Source: Takakia lepidozioides
Lineage: Eukaryota; Plantae; Bryophyta
Assembly (NCBI GenBank): GCA_030704615.1
Contig: CM060734.1
Span: 14,632,001-14,696,000 of the forward strand
Length of the DNA stretch: 64,000 bases
Direction of reading: 5' to 3'
Positions 50,633 through 64,000 of this stretch are shown here, in pieces. The stretch's first letter is position 1. Every line of letters starts with the position of its first letter. The notes below the pieces were generated by a model. It worked only from the letters and a program-made list of their open reading frames with translations, had not been told where the DNA came from and did no database searches. The position numbers were made by a program, and so were the translations under genes.

Positions 50633-53600
50633 CATTACCACATGGCGCTTCAGATGTTGCGAACTACATCCTAACGAGAATTTGCAGAACAGCATAGATC
50701 AAGATTCTGCATACCTGTCCCACAGATGAGGTCCAGCACTGTGCCCTCCACGTCTGTGCATGTCTCCATAATTGTCTGAATGAAGGCAAGGCTCCGAGTC
50801 CGTGAGTACGCAGGGGTTCCGTTGAAGTGAGGCTATGAGGGAGAAGTTCCTTGGGAACGTTGTTGAACAGAACGTCGTAATCGAGGGGTCGCAGTTCGGG
50901 TCAACCTTTCCTCCCTCCTTCCAGAAAGCAAAGGTGGAGTTCTCCTTCACAAAGCAGTATGCATCGAACTGCTTCGTCTTCATACACAGGGGGGAACGAT
51001 TAGAAACCGAATGCGGCACCGCATTTGAAAACACCCAAGCAAATGAATGGACGAGTGCCAGTGTCGTAATCACCTTCTTCCCTTCCGACCGAAGGCCCAG
51101 TGTGTTGATGCACGTCCACTTCTTTTTCAGAATCGGGACGGCGCTCTTGCGGGTCCACTTCGCAATTCCTGTCTGAGTGTTTTTTCCTCTGCTCGCCAGG
51201 ACAACCACACAGCCTCTGTCATCCAACACCATGCGGGCAAGCCCGAATCCTTTCTTCCAAAAGTCCTCCGAGTACCTGTTCCAAGATGGCAAAGCTTGCA
51301 GTCCTTCCACAGGCTCTCCGTCCGGAATATCCAAGATGATCATATCGCAAGACCACTCGGTGGCATTTCCGCCCCTCCTACAATCCTTGTCTGCACACAC
51401 CCTCTCAAAGAATGAGACCATATTCTGAAATCCTGGGGTGTCGGAAGGCTCTTCGGCAGTCGCCTTCTTCAGTGCTCTGCCCTTCAGACCCTCCATGGTC
51501 TTCATGTATGCCAACTTGGCTGCCCGTCCATCCAAAGCCGCCAAGAAACTCTCATTTACACACTGGACTACTGTTTCGGGACCACTTTCGGCCTCTTCAT
51601 TTCCACCGGCTCGAAAGGGTGCCCCCCTGGGGGGTTGAAGAGTGCCTTCTTTGCCGAGCCAGTTCTCGTGCCTCTCGTGACAACGGTGGGCACAGGGGAG
51701 GCAGCCTGCGTTTGGGGGGTAGGCTGGTTGCAAAGTCTCCATCGGAGTCCTCTTCCTCACCCTCTTCCTGAACAGGCTGTTTCTGCTTCTTCGTTTTGGC
51801 GGGTGTCACAACAGCTGCTCCTTGCTGGCGAGTCCTCTTCTTCGACCCCTTCTGTTGGGCCTGCACAGCTGCATCCACCGTCTTTGTGCCATCTCAGCTG
51901 CCTTTCTGGATTCTTCCAAGCAGCAGATTCCTTTGCCGACTTTGGCCCAGCAGGGACACGTCTTTCCTTTCTCTTCTCTTCTGCCAAGGCGTGCAGATCT
52001 TTCTCAGACTCGTCAACAATACCGCCAGACATGTCCAGGTACCACGGGCATCCAACGAGATGCGCGGGATGCCATTGTTTCTGCATCTCGGGTGTGTAGA
52101 CACAGCTTGGGCCCGCCACGGTCCAAGCCATGAAGAACGGGGGCTCTTGAGCCAGGGCCCCTGTCTGAAGGAGCACGTATTTCATATACCTGCAAGGCAG
52201 TCAGCATGCGTGAGCATAAGATTGGACGAACCTACTCGCAGAGTGCCACCGAAAACATAAAATGCGAATGCGGTGCCGCATTTCCGAGACAAACCTCGTA
52301 ACCAGGCTTCGCATACAAGGGCAGCTGTGCTTCACCTGTAAACAATTCGCATTGCAGCTTTCCCCGCTCCCTCCTGATGTGTAAACTCCACGCTCCTTCT
52401 TGCTGTCTGTAGCTCTCTGGCGAAAAGGTTGTCCTTGTACGCACATCTGAAACGTGTCACGTAGTCTTCCAATGTCTGTGTTCCATCCCATTTGACGTAC
52501 AAGCGAACGAATTTGTGTGCATTACGACTTGCTCCTTCGCATTCGACATTACCTGCGATTCCCAAATGCATTGTCACGTAGCAGTTCAGGGAATTCATTT
52601 CAGAAAAGCAAATCTGGGGAAGTACCTTGAATTACCTGGAACCACCAAGTCATGCGGTTGAGCCACACATCCACTGCAGGGTCGGAAACTTCGAGTGGAA
52701 AAGACCAATTGTCCTTATGCTCTCGGATGCATTCCAGATCGACAGCCACCGTGTCTGCCATTTCTGATCCAATGTCAGAGCTGGAAGAGAGTGGCTATTG
52801 CTAGGAAGAACTTCAGTGCATTGAAACCTCACCTTCTCTTTCGCCTCCACACATGCCGTTGAGAGGTGATGCAGTTTCTCCAATTGCATGGTCGGCTGCA
52901 TGGCCCGAGAATAGTGTTTTGCAATCTCGGGGATGAAGTCCTTTCCAAGTGCCGGATCTGCAATTGCCACCAGCTTCACAAGCTTTGACTTGTATTTGGT
53001 TCTGGACTTGACACCGGCTTCCTTCAAGTGCTCAGTCAATGACTGCAACGTTTTGACCTGCCCCTCACTTTCCATGAAGAAGCGTTTGGCATGGGCCAAA
53101 TCCAGCTTGATGTTTGACTGCCAACAAAAACATGCAGAAGCGTTACATTCAATTCATGTGGAAAGATTACTGGAAATTGGGGAAGGATGAGCAGAGGGAA
53201 ATGGGAGGATGACTTACTTCGTATATCACCTCCACCATTCCATCCATAGTGAGACGATACCATGTCCGGTCTGTTTTTGCAACGGCTTTCTGAATGAGCT
53301 CGGGGCTCCAGCATTTCGCAAACATCTGCGGATCAGTGAGACCAGTTTTCCTCACCCTGTACAGCATATGTGCCATGTGGGTATGCACGTACGCATTCTC
53401 AGTGACCCTGCAAGGCACACTCTCCAGTTCAGTACACGGAAGCACGGAAACAAACCAGAATGGAAACCCGAATGCGGGCACCGCATTTCGAACGTGCTAG
53501 GGAGGTATGAGTATCTTACGAGTTGAGGTCCGCCATGGCATTCTTGAGCAGGGAGGAGTCTGCCGCCTTCACCTTGAGGGATGACACACTCCACCATTGT

Positions 53601-53844
53601 AATGCCAGCCAATGTGCTTGGCATTGGTTCTGCTTGATGGTACTCCCCACCAGGCCAGAAGTCGGTGATTCCCGTCCCACACAAAGAAACTTTACCCGAC
53701 ATATGCCGAAGTCTGGATCACCCTTCAACCTCGAATTCGTCGTTGCGAGTGTGCCAGTGGGTATCCCACGTTGACAATTCATCGGCAAGGCACACTCTCC
53801 AGTTCAGTACACGGAAGCAAACGGAAACAAACCAGAATGGAAAC
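50633..53844 (-). mobile_element. Family B copy B3 fragment (middle of the ParB-MTase gene), cut by the 50632 terminus and the assembly gap
   Basis: Matches 38141-41295 (B2) and the reverse complement of ~26150-29310 (B1). Confidence 0.85.
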
Positions 53845-54344
53845 NNNNNNNNNNNNNNNNNNNNNNNNNNNNNNNNNNNNNNNNNNNNNNNNNNNNNNNN
53901 NNNNNNNNNNNNNNNNNNNNNNNNNNNNNNNNNNNNNNNNNNNNNNNNNNNNNNNNNNNNNNNNNNNNNNNNNNNNNNNNNNNNNNNNNNNNNNNNNNNN
54001 NNNNNNNNNNNNNNNNNNNNNNNNNNNNNNNNNNNNNNNNNNNNNNNNNNNNNNNNNNNNNNNNNNNNNNNNNNNNNNNNNNNNNNNNNNNNNNNNNNNN
54101 NNNNNNNNNNNNNNNNNNNNNNNNNNNNNNNNNNNNNNNNNNNNNNNNNNNNNNNNNNNNNNNNNNNNNNNNNNNNNNNNNNNNNNNNNNNNNNNNNNNN
54201 NNNNNNNNNNNNNNNNNNNNNNNNNNNNNNNNNNNNNNNNNNNNNNNNNNNNNNNNNNNNNNNNNNNNNNNNNNNNNNNNNNNNNNNNNNNNNNNNNNNN
54301 NNNNNNNNNNNNNNNNNNNNNNNNNNNNNNNNNNNNNNNNNNNN
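53845..54344. other. Assembly gap (500 N)
   Basis: Run of N. Confidence 1.
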
Positions 54345-54562
54345 GCTTAAGGTAAAGGGATCTATGAAATGCAGTAGAGATCCATGTACAACTATTACAA
54401 TAAATCAAATGACAGGAAGATAACATGAAATCTGATTTCAACACCATGTCATTTGCCCATTTGTTTTACCTTACACTAGAGAGAAATACATGTTCATAAA
54501 AAATAACAAAAAATTCGGACTGACAATGAGGACAATGTATTGTATATGTAATTTCTAATTAC

Positions 54563-57500
54563 CTACATAACATCATCAGCTGATACTTCATCATCCGTGT
54601 CATAAGCCTGTGATTCAGAGGCATACACATCCATGAAAGCCTCAACTCTACGCAACCTATCCACGGATTGTCCAACAATAGCTGCTCTTCGGTCAAACAA
54701 GAGATCATTGGAAAGACCTACATCACGTTGTTGATGTATTGAATGCAAAGCTTGGGACTCGGCATACGAAGGTAGATAAAACGATGAAAGAGGACTTTGG
54801 GGTAGACTATCGGATGGTCCGCACAATCCCATCACTGCATCACACATACATGTATACTTATGTTAACAAATCAAATGGGAATGGTTTGCTTTGCGCAAAT
54901 AATATAGAGATTGCAACAAAGGGAATGGAGGCGAGACATACTCACTAGGAAGTACTGCCGAGATGAAGACCAAGCTTGCGTGCCCACCTTAGGAGCGGGG
55001 GGTTCCAACAACTCACAGGACGTTGAATGGTTGGAGTTACCACAGATGAAACCAAAACGGTTGAGTATTTTGAAGTGCAGAGAGACGTGCTGCATACAAC
55101 GTCTGGTCCCCCTCAAGACCAAATACGTGACGTCCAGACTCGCGCAGCAATAAATGTAGAACCTGCAGGAAAAAAACATGCAATGATGATTATATCGGAT
55201 AACAGTTAATGATCATGAATCAGCTCAGAAGATTTTAATTACAAAATGGAGACCAATGCAAACCTGTGCCAGCTGTGAGATCCAAATGCGGGAGCCAAGA
55301 GGTGAGCATGTCTCCAACAACACTTGCATGAAGGCGGGACTACGGTCTCGCGCACCCCTCCAGGCTTGTTGAGGAGTTTGCATGGGTAGTGCAACATCTG
55401 GAATGTGGTTGTAGATGACATACAACTCAACAGGGTCTGCAAGGGGGTCCACAACTTTGCCAGACTCACGCAGTTTGAATAGTCCTCCTTGCTTGGTGAG
55501 GACATGGGCGTGGAAGAACATGGTCTGTTAGACGTGCCATTTCCACAAAAACAGTGCACCCGGATGGTTTAATAATATGTATGAGAGTAGGAAGATGAAA
55601 CATCAAACAATGAGATATTGAAGAGGGATGATTTTTACCTTTCCTGTCTGAGTGTGTAGAGGGGTGGTATTGATGCAAGTATATTTCCTTGATAATACGG
55701 AAATAGAGCTGCCCCTGGAGTAAGAAAAGAGCTCCAATGCAAATGAATCATCGGAGCCCTGCAAGAACACCAAGCATCCATTGTCATCCAACATGTCATT
55801 AGCAATCCGTTTATCAAAAGCATTCCAGGGAGGAACCTGTACACCATCCAAACAGCCCTGTACAGGCATTCCTTTGGGCAGTCCACGATGATCATGTCCA
55901 CAGCCACATGCACGCTTTTTCCATCCACAACACTAGACCAAGTTCCTGGCAACTGCAAACAACATACAGAAAATGTAGGAGTCAATAGCCGGATGATGAG
56001 GATATAAAAACATCGAAGAATTCCTTACATTCAAGTTTGTTTGTGGGGAAACTCACATTTTTTAAGACTCCATGAGCTCTTTCAAGGTTGCATCAGGAGA
56101 TGTACTTGAGGCCTCCACCATATCAATGAAATGAGTAGGCATGATCGTCATGCGATACATGCTAGGTGCACCACCAGAAAATGACACTGTACTGTAAGGA
56201 TGTTCGCCTGCCTTTGGCTTGTTTCCTCGAGTAGTAGGTGCAGGCACTACAACCACTGATTTGAAGGATGTGAAGAACTACCAATAGGACCAGCAATAGA
56301 AGCCACATCTGCATTGGGGGCCACGCCTGCATTGACATCCGCACCTTTTCTTTTTCGTGATTTGCGTTTTGGTACACCCACAACGGCAGGGACCACTTGG
56401 GCTACAGCGTCAGCGGCCTGTGTAGCAATCTCTTCTGCATGCTCCAGATCAAGAACAGGGACTTCAGTGGAGATCCCCCTTCATCACTCACTGACTGCCT
56501 GCGAACACATTCCTTATGAAGTCCCATTTCTGCATAGGGGATAGTACCCTTGGGCATATCCAAATACCAACCCCCCCCCCTTCCCGGTGTTCCACACCCC
56601 AATCTTCCTCAATTGCAGGTGTGTACATGGAAGCTTGTTGAGCACCAAACTTCCAGGCCATCAGAAACTTGGGCTCAGCCTTAAGTCGATCACTCGGTAC
56701 AAGCACAAATCTCATGTACCTAAAATACAAACACATTCAAAGTTATTGTGGAGACAAATATTTATGCAACCTGTTCAACAATTGAACAAGCACATTAAGA
56801 AACATGTATATCCCAATGTACTAGAAAAATACTTGAAGCATAGACATTTTTGACTTACAAGGTGTATACACTATCCATGTACAATGCAATGGAAAGATGG
56901 TACCTGAATAAAATCCGTCTCACCACCTTCTCCCCACCTGTTTGTTGTTCCCAATCATTGCCTCTGAATGGCCCCTTTGGCAATGAGAACTCTCTATGAA
57001 ACAACTCATTGAAATGAGTCATCTTCCATGTATCCATGTAGTCTCCCAGACTCTCACTCTCTCCTTCCTCCAAGGCAACATGAAATGGCCAAGCTGAGTG
57101 GTGTACAAGGCAAACTGAGCCAAGGCAACCTTGCGAAGCTGCCAGAAAATACAGTCAGTTAAATAACTATGTTAATGTGTCATCAACAAAATGAATTAAT
57201 TGCATTGAGAAGATAGTGATTGTATATGTACCTGCCACCAAAAAGTCCTTCTATTCAGCCAAGGATCAAGTGTTGGCCCACTGATAGGCCCGGGTGGAAA
57301 AAAATTACGGTCGTAAAGTGTTTGGTCTCCATTCCATATATGTAGCCATTCCACCTTTTCTTCAGGATCCACCCGGGCGGTAGCAATGTTCACCATTTTC
57401 TCTTGGGTCATTTCCTCTGATCCTGCCTTTACACGTGACCAATGCAGTTTAAGTTCTTGGAGAAACCCCTCTCCAAGGGTTGGATCAGCAATAGGAAGCA

Positions 57501-60163
57501 ACTTCACAAGCTGACTCTTGTGTTGCTCCCTTGCTTTCAATCCAGCCTGTCTCATTGTATCTTCAAGGCCCTCTTGACTCTTTGGCCCCTCAGCAAGTTT
57601 GTAAGCTTCCCCCGCCATGCGTTGGGCCTCAACAATATCATGCTGGCAAAAGAACCAAAACAGTTCATAACATGAACCAGAGGTGAATCTTGTCTATGGA
57701 TGCAAAGAATGAAACTTGGTTAAGACATGATGTTACCTTGTACAAAATCTCTGTCATTGCATGGACTGTCAGGTTATACCAAGTCTTTCCTGCTTTCTTG
57801 ATGCATTCGTCGTATTGCTCTTTCCTCAATACATTCTTCCATTCAGAGACAGGTGTAAGGCCAATCATATTGACCTTGCAAACCAAGTGCACAATTTGGA
57901 TGTAACATGTGCCCTCTCTGTTGCCCTGCACATATAAAATATGATCATTAGAAAGAAGATGTGTATATGTACATCCATTGAGCAAGAACATGACAACATT
58001 GAACATGAAAGTAAATGAAGAATAGAAAGGAAACTCACACATTCACTCCATCCATGATGGACCTGAGGGAACCACGATTTTCAATGTCCGCATTGAGCAC
58101 CCAACTTGTCACACAGACATGTCTTGACAAGTTGGCCCCATGAACTTCATTGATATAGGGATACCATGCTTGAAGCCTATGATTCCCATCCCAGACATGA
58201 AACATCTTCCCCGAAGATGATGCAACTTTGGCTTGGACTCAAGATACTTCTCAAACTCATCATTGACTATTTTCCAATGACTATCCCATGTAGAGATGAT
58301 ATCAGACCTACATCTACAGTAGATCCATCAATCCCCTCAACAGAAACATAGAACACGGCTGCTCCTGGATGGTATCCAGAATAGAAGTCTCCTCTAAGCT
58401 TTAGGATGTCGTTGGCAAGGGCGGGCCTAACAACCTGCATAGAAATCATGCGACACAATGGAATGTCCATAACTCCATCCTCAATGAGGAGGGACCTGAA
58501 AGTTACATTCAGATCTTGTTTCTTTTCCAGAATAATTGCCTGTTTGGCATCTAGAGAAAGAGGATCACTAGATGTTGTATCCTCTTCATACTCATCTGCC
58601 CCCCAATTCCCTGCATCAATGTCGTCAATAATGGTTGCAAGCGTCCCGGCCTCCACAGCTTCAGTTGTAGTAGTAATTTCCTAATTCCATAGACCAAAAG
58701 AGTTCAAGATGTCAGTGTATGAGAAGAGCACATATGTGAATGTATAATATGTAAAAGAGCAGTTTAGTGTCATGGTTGCATGAAGAAAACAAATGAATTT
58801 GGATAGTCAACTAATTCCATGAATATCCTTGTCTTTCAAAGCTTACAACTTGCAGCAGAATACAGGCGTGAGCATCCCGACAGAGGACCTCCGACCACCT
58901 ACGCCGGCGCATATGACACATATGTGCAACCAACTCAAAATTTGACAAGATTTGAGGCCCTTGAAGAAATTTTTGCTCAAGGAGCTCCAAGCATATGCGC
59001 CGGCGCATACCATGGAATGGAGGTTGTAGCCAAATATACAGGAGCACCTTGAAAGATCAAACTAGGCCTATGGAAGCATGTGGAGTTGTGGAGGTGGCAA
59101 CGTAGAAGCTTTGAGATACTTGAATACTGTGATCAACCAAAATAGGGAAGGTTCCCCAAGCGTCTGCGCCGACGGAGGTGGCAGCCTCGACACTTTGGAG
59201 CTTACGTAACACAAGGAATATACAACAAAAACCAAGCTCCAAGCATCTCCGCCGGCGGAGATGCTTGCATGAGGTTCCTGAAACCTAGGAGCTAAGCAAA
59301 AAAAGATTGTGCTCAATGGGTATGCGCCGGCGGATATGGCAGCCCAGCCCACTCGGAGCATCAACAACTTATGAGAATGCGGAGAAACAAAGAGATGGAA
59401 GGGGGGAGAACTTCCTGAAATATGTGAGCAGCCCTGCTGCACGGGTCTGTGTTGACAGAGGTGGCAGCCTTGGCGCTTTGGAGCTTCCGTAACACAGGGA
59501 ATATGCAAAAAAAACCAAGCTCCAAGTGTCTCCGTCGGTGAGACGCTTGCAGGAGGTTCCTGAAACCTATGATCTGAGCAAAAAAGAATGTACTCAATGG
59601 GTATGCGCCGGCGGATATGCCAGCGCAGCCCACTCGGAGCATCAGCATGCGAAAAACAAAGAAGATGGAAAAGGGGAGAATTTCCTGAAACATTTGAGCA
59701 GCCCTGCTGCACAGGTATGCGCCAGCGGATACGCCAGCCCAACCCGCTCGGAGCATCAGCAACGTATGAGCATGCAAAAAAATAAACGGGATGGGAGTAG
59801 AGGAGCACTTCCTGAAACATGCGAGCATCCCAGCTCCAACGGTATGCGCCGGCGGAGGTGGCAGCCCAGCCCTTCCAAGCATCAGAAAAAACCAAGGGGA
59901 ATGAGCTGTCTCCGCCGGCGGAGACGGTTGTGTGTATGTGTGGAGATTCGCAAACTTGTGAGACTTGAAGTGACTTAGGCATCTGCGCGCGGCGGATGTG
60001 CTAGATAAGGAGCAGCTTGGTGGGGCTTATGCGATGGCGCATATGCCTAAGTGCAGTCATGAAAAAAAACAAAACTACAGCTTACCTTCTCCGTCCGCAG
60101 CTTGCCTCTACCACCACCACCACCAGCAACGCCTCCCCCTCGAGTGTCCTTCTTCCTCCCCAT
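54563..60163 (-). pseudogene. A2 copy of the ParB-MTase gene (frameshifted)
   Basis: Same exons as 7562-13185 with indels at mostly different positions. Confidence 0.78.
58896..60046. repeat. A2 copy of the family A palindrome array
   Basis: Matches 11912-13067. Confidence 0.8.
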
Positions 60164-61213
60164 CGCCGCAACAGCTCGTTGCCTCGGGGTGGTATAGTAT
60201 AAGGCCGAGATGCGGCGCCTCCGTCTCCTCTTCGCAACGGGAGTCTCCAGGGTGTAGAGACTAGAGACGTGTTAAGTGCTTGTGTAGTTTGTGTGTGTTT
60301 GTTGGGGGAGTGGCAAGGGATAATGTGCAAGTATACTAGACTACGTTAGTGTAGTAATGATACGGGGTTAGTCATGTAGTAATGGCAACAAGTTTAACTG
60401 AAAAGAAACAGTTTATTAACAAAAAAGTAGAGGTTGTTTCATTGAATAGAGCATGGCTTGTTGGTAAGGTTGTGGTGTATTTTCCACTAGGTTGCGGGTT
60501 CAAACCTGCCCCCGCCAAGGAGAGCGGAGGAAAGGGGGGCTAAGGCCTTAAAAGGCCAAATTGGCCAAATCTGAAATGTGAACATTTTTTATACACTCTG
60601 GCGTTAGTGTTTTTTGGACTACATGGGTTACACGTGGATCCTCAGAAGATGGTTGTACGATTGACATGTTACTTTGTGGCGGCGCCTTCATAATACAATA
60701 TAAAGTAAGTGATAAAGTAACTAAATATTTTTTATGGGTGTCTTAATCAATTTATTGGTTTTAGAGCCAATTGTCGCCACAAATACTTGTACTCATTACT
60801 CATACATGAGTAATCAAAGAACAAATCAACATACATGTCATGGGATTTGATTGTAAATAAATTGTGCCGTCTAGTGTGTCAGTTCATAGTTGGACGATTA
60901 ATCAACGATTGGTTGTAAAATAAATGGAAACATGCAGAGCATTTATGTTTCATATGCTCATAAGAAGAAGGCAGTACATTGGATTCTAAGATCTCAACAA
61001 CGGCGCCGTCGTCTTAAAAATAGGGGATAGTCCATTTAGTTGTTTCTGTCAGAGAATAATATGGATGGAGCACATGCCTCAAAAAATTTGGACCTTCTGG
61101 ATTGATGATACACATAAGTAATGTAAGCCATTTAATGTATTTGCATAAGGTCTTGCAAGATGTGCGCTTTCATTCATTTTGCATCTTCTCTCAAACTTTG
61201 AGGGCATTGCCAA

Positions 61214-64000
61214 ATGTCTACACCAAAATATGCAGTGCTTTCATGTCCACCTGATGCAAAAGTGGTTCGTTATCCTTGCAATGGAAACAAGTGCATTATC
61301 CCAGAACCTTGGTTATGCAATAGATTCAAACTTGTTCCGGGTTCAGTTTTTTTGGAGGATGATGGAGATGATGATGCCTCCACAGTGTTGCTTCCAGTTT
61401 TCAATGACGGCCAAAAGCAATGGGAGTTGTTTCCAGACACTTTCTCCAAGTACCGTGTCACAGGTACGAGCTATACACAGTCACATGATGAGAGGCACAC
61501 TTCTATTGCAAGAAAGAACGATCAAGCTGCGACAAATGGGAGTTGTAAATTGAAGGAGGGTTGCAGATTCGGCGAGCTTGGGGTCTCATAATTCGGATTG
61601 TGTTGAGGTTTCTAAGAGTGTATTTTGTGGATCTCAACCTTCCTCATCTGCTCATACGGTCTTGCTTCACGACATGAAGCCTCGGAAAACTCCATTGGAC
61701 AACACCACGTCTGATTGTTGCGAATCTGCGAGGGGTTTATCTTCATCTCCACGACTAGCAGGGGAGGCTACATCTGCATTTCCTTCTGGTGTGTTGTCCA
61801 TTTTGAGTATCTTGGCCATTGCTCGGAGGAATGGATCAAAAGGAGAGCTTTCTAACTTGGACTATAGTCACATTCCAGTGCATCGTGTTCGGTGTCTTCC
61901 TCGAGCTTTTGATGGAAAAGTGATCCACGAACTCCCCCCGTGGTCAAACTACGTACGGACCGTGGTTCACAGTCCCTCCAAGGCATGGACCGCAAGTTTG
62001 ATGGTCATCCTTGGTGCAAGACCAATACCTACAATATGTCTGGTGTTCCAGATCATGTGAAATGTAGTAAGGTTCTTTGTGTTGGAAAGCTCATATGTCA
62101 AAGCAGCACTTGCCCCTTCTTCAAGAAAGAAGGAGAACGGAATGACCGCTATTGGGAAGGCAATGCAGACAAGGTGTTCATTGCAGGAGCCCAAGTTCCA
62201 TTCAACCAGTTCAAGTGTAGTTTCTGCAAAGAAAGACCTTTCTGTGAGGCGCATTGTGGGGCAAGAATGTACTATGTCACAAGTTCCCTTCCAACATATA
62301 CACGTGTTGCAGTTCACGTTGGGTTTCATAACCATCCATGTGCCAAGGGCGAGAATAGAGAGGCTGCGGAAAATGCATCAAGCATGATTCAAGAGCACGT
62401 TAAGATGAAGCCATGGTCGACCCCGGGAGCTATTTCCTTGTCAATGGCCCAAAGCTCTTGATTGATCGAGTTCTTGTGGCTGATGGCACAGAGACAGTAC
62501 GTCTTGAGGGAGAGGCTTTGGAAGATATTCTTGAAGAGTTTGCCCATGTTTGTAGCCCCAATGTGAAAAACAAGGTCGCATCTGCACGTGTCAATTCCAT
62601 CATGTCCATATTGGAGTTGAAGCGTCTGAGTACATACCATTTCATTCACAGCAATCTCCTTCCAGGCCAGCATACTTCTCATCCCCCCATGTTTTCAAGA
62701 TGTCTGTTGCTGGTCCCGGGAGTGGTGTTGATCTTGTGCGTCGCATGAGTGAGGGGGATCTACGCACAAGTTGGGTAGTATTTGACCATGTCAAACGCAT
62801 CAAGGATTGGACAACTCTTGCGTGTCATGTCTATGAACCATATGTCAAGCGAATGATGACCATTGCCATTTGCGATATGAAAACAGAGGATGCAGATGCT
62901 CAGGTGTTATTCTGGGAGATGATCAATGAACAAGCAAAACTTGCTGGCTTGAACAAACCAAATTTTGCTGGCTTCATGGCGGATGCAGCAGGAGCGAATT
63001 GGGCTGCTGTTCGAAGGGTTTATGGATCTGATCCCAATGTCCCAATGGAAGGTAAAGAAAGAACATGTTTATATCATTGGGCTGAAAGCCTCCGAAGACA
63101 CACCAACGACTATATCTTGGAGGACTTCCGTGAAAGGCACACTCAGCTCTGTTATGAATGGAAAGATAGTGCTACCTTGGAGGATGCTACAACCACATAC
63201 ATTGCAATTCGGGCTTGGTGGCTCTCTCAGGAGCATGCACAGAAAAGAGTCTGCCAAAACTAGATTCATGGCTTGCATGGTGGCACTACAGATATCGAAT
63301 GTGGGGCCAATGGATGAGAGAGGACATGGATGTGGAGGCAGATGCAGATATGCCTACCACTAATTTGTCTGAGGCAGTCCATTCTGCTTGGTGGAAGACA
63401 GCAGGCAATGGGAAAAAAATGAAGGTGGATCTATATGAGGCCACATGCATGACATGTCACGAGCTCTTTTGCAGCAGGCAACATTTTACAGGCACACCAC
63501 AGGAAAGACATGGGGGACGGGGCCCGACAAAGAGGAGCTCATGTTGCGTCAAGCAGCTAGATCTAATAGCCCAGCAAAAATGGGTAAGGTTGTACGTGGC
63601 ATAGTAGCTGGAACACCCATGCACACAAGGGGGTTCAATTGGAGGGAGACAATCGCACTATTCCAGTCAAACGCAAGTTAGGCGATGAGCATGGTGGGCC
63701 AAACGAATCTTGGAGGTGTGATATGAATGTAAAGACTGTTCCAGTGCGCGCCACTGGGATGCCCAGTCCACACCAGCCATCTAGGTTCGTCAGCTCCAAA
63801 TCAAGTCATGACATTCCTAGTTCTTCGACTTTCTGTGAGACAAATCCACATGTTGCTATCCCTCCTCAGCCAATGCAATGGGGAAATCCAGTGAGAGAGA
63901 CACAAGACTTTTCCGATGCATTGTTCAGGATTCAGCGGACAGGTCCTGCTTCCATGGTTCGTTGTTCTGCCTTGGTTGGAGTTTCTAAGATAAATGCAAA
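61214..64000 (+). pseudogene. A2 transposase, frameshifted, running off the window end
   Basis: Matches 14239-17030. Confidence 0.82.

Larger units (their letters stand above)
54345..64000. mobile_element. Family A copy A2 (partial), same orientation as A1
   Basis: Near-identical to ~7338-17030 at an offset of ~47 kb. Confidence 0.9.

Noticed and set aside
53665-54447. Long ORFs spanning the N run, and the ~60-bp re-copy of 53410-53467 at 53785-53844
   Set aside because: Gap and contig-end artefacts
54345-64000. A2 as a proven biological 47-kb-spaced duplication
   Set aside because: It starts immediately after a scaffold gap and is near-identical to A1, so a redundant haplotig or overlap cannot be excluded

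Overview
Eukaryotic, almost certainly land-plant, repeat-rich DNA (decayed PLS-type PPR fragments, Ty3/Gypsy debris, spliceosomal GT-AG introns, a 500-N gap at 53845-54344). About 85% of the window is a nested cluster of two diverged families ('A' and 'B') of large Mutator-like (MULE) DNA transposons with the same unusual architecture. One gene encodes a transposase with a GCM-like Zn domain, a DD-CxxH-E core, an extra Cys module and a C-terminal SWIM finger. Divergent from it is a multi-exon gene (about 1,400 aa in B) fusing a ParB/Srx-like domain (VWDGNHRL) to a beta-class N4/N6 amino-DNA-methyltransferase-like fold whose catalytic motif IV is non-canonical. Each family carries arrays of its own 22-bp palindrome in non-coding DNA. 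Family B uses GGAAATGCGG(YR)CCGCATTTCC, about 30 copies at an almost invariant 53-bp period. Family A uses GCATMTSCGCCGGCGSAKATGC-like sites in intron 1. Both share an ATGCG-N4-CGCAT core. Copies: A1 6627-18006, B1 18007-32768 (complete), B2 34691-49377 (complete, inverted), a diverged B-type right arm 49378-50632, B3 fragment 50633-53844, and A2 54345-64000. The best candidate for an undescribed system is this transposon-borne ParB-methyltransferase plus cognate palindrome array, a possible self-marking, anti-silencing or parS-like module. Its novelty and function cannot be verified without database searches and experiments.
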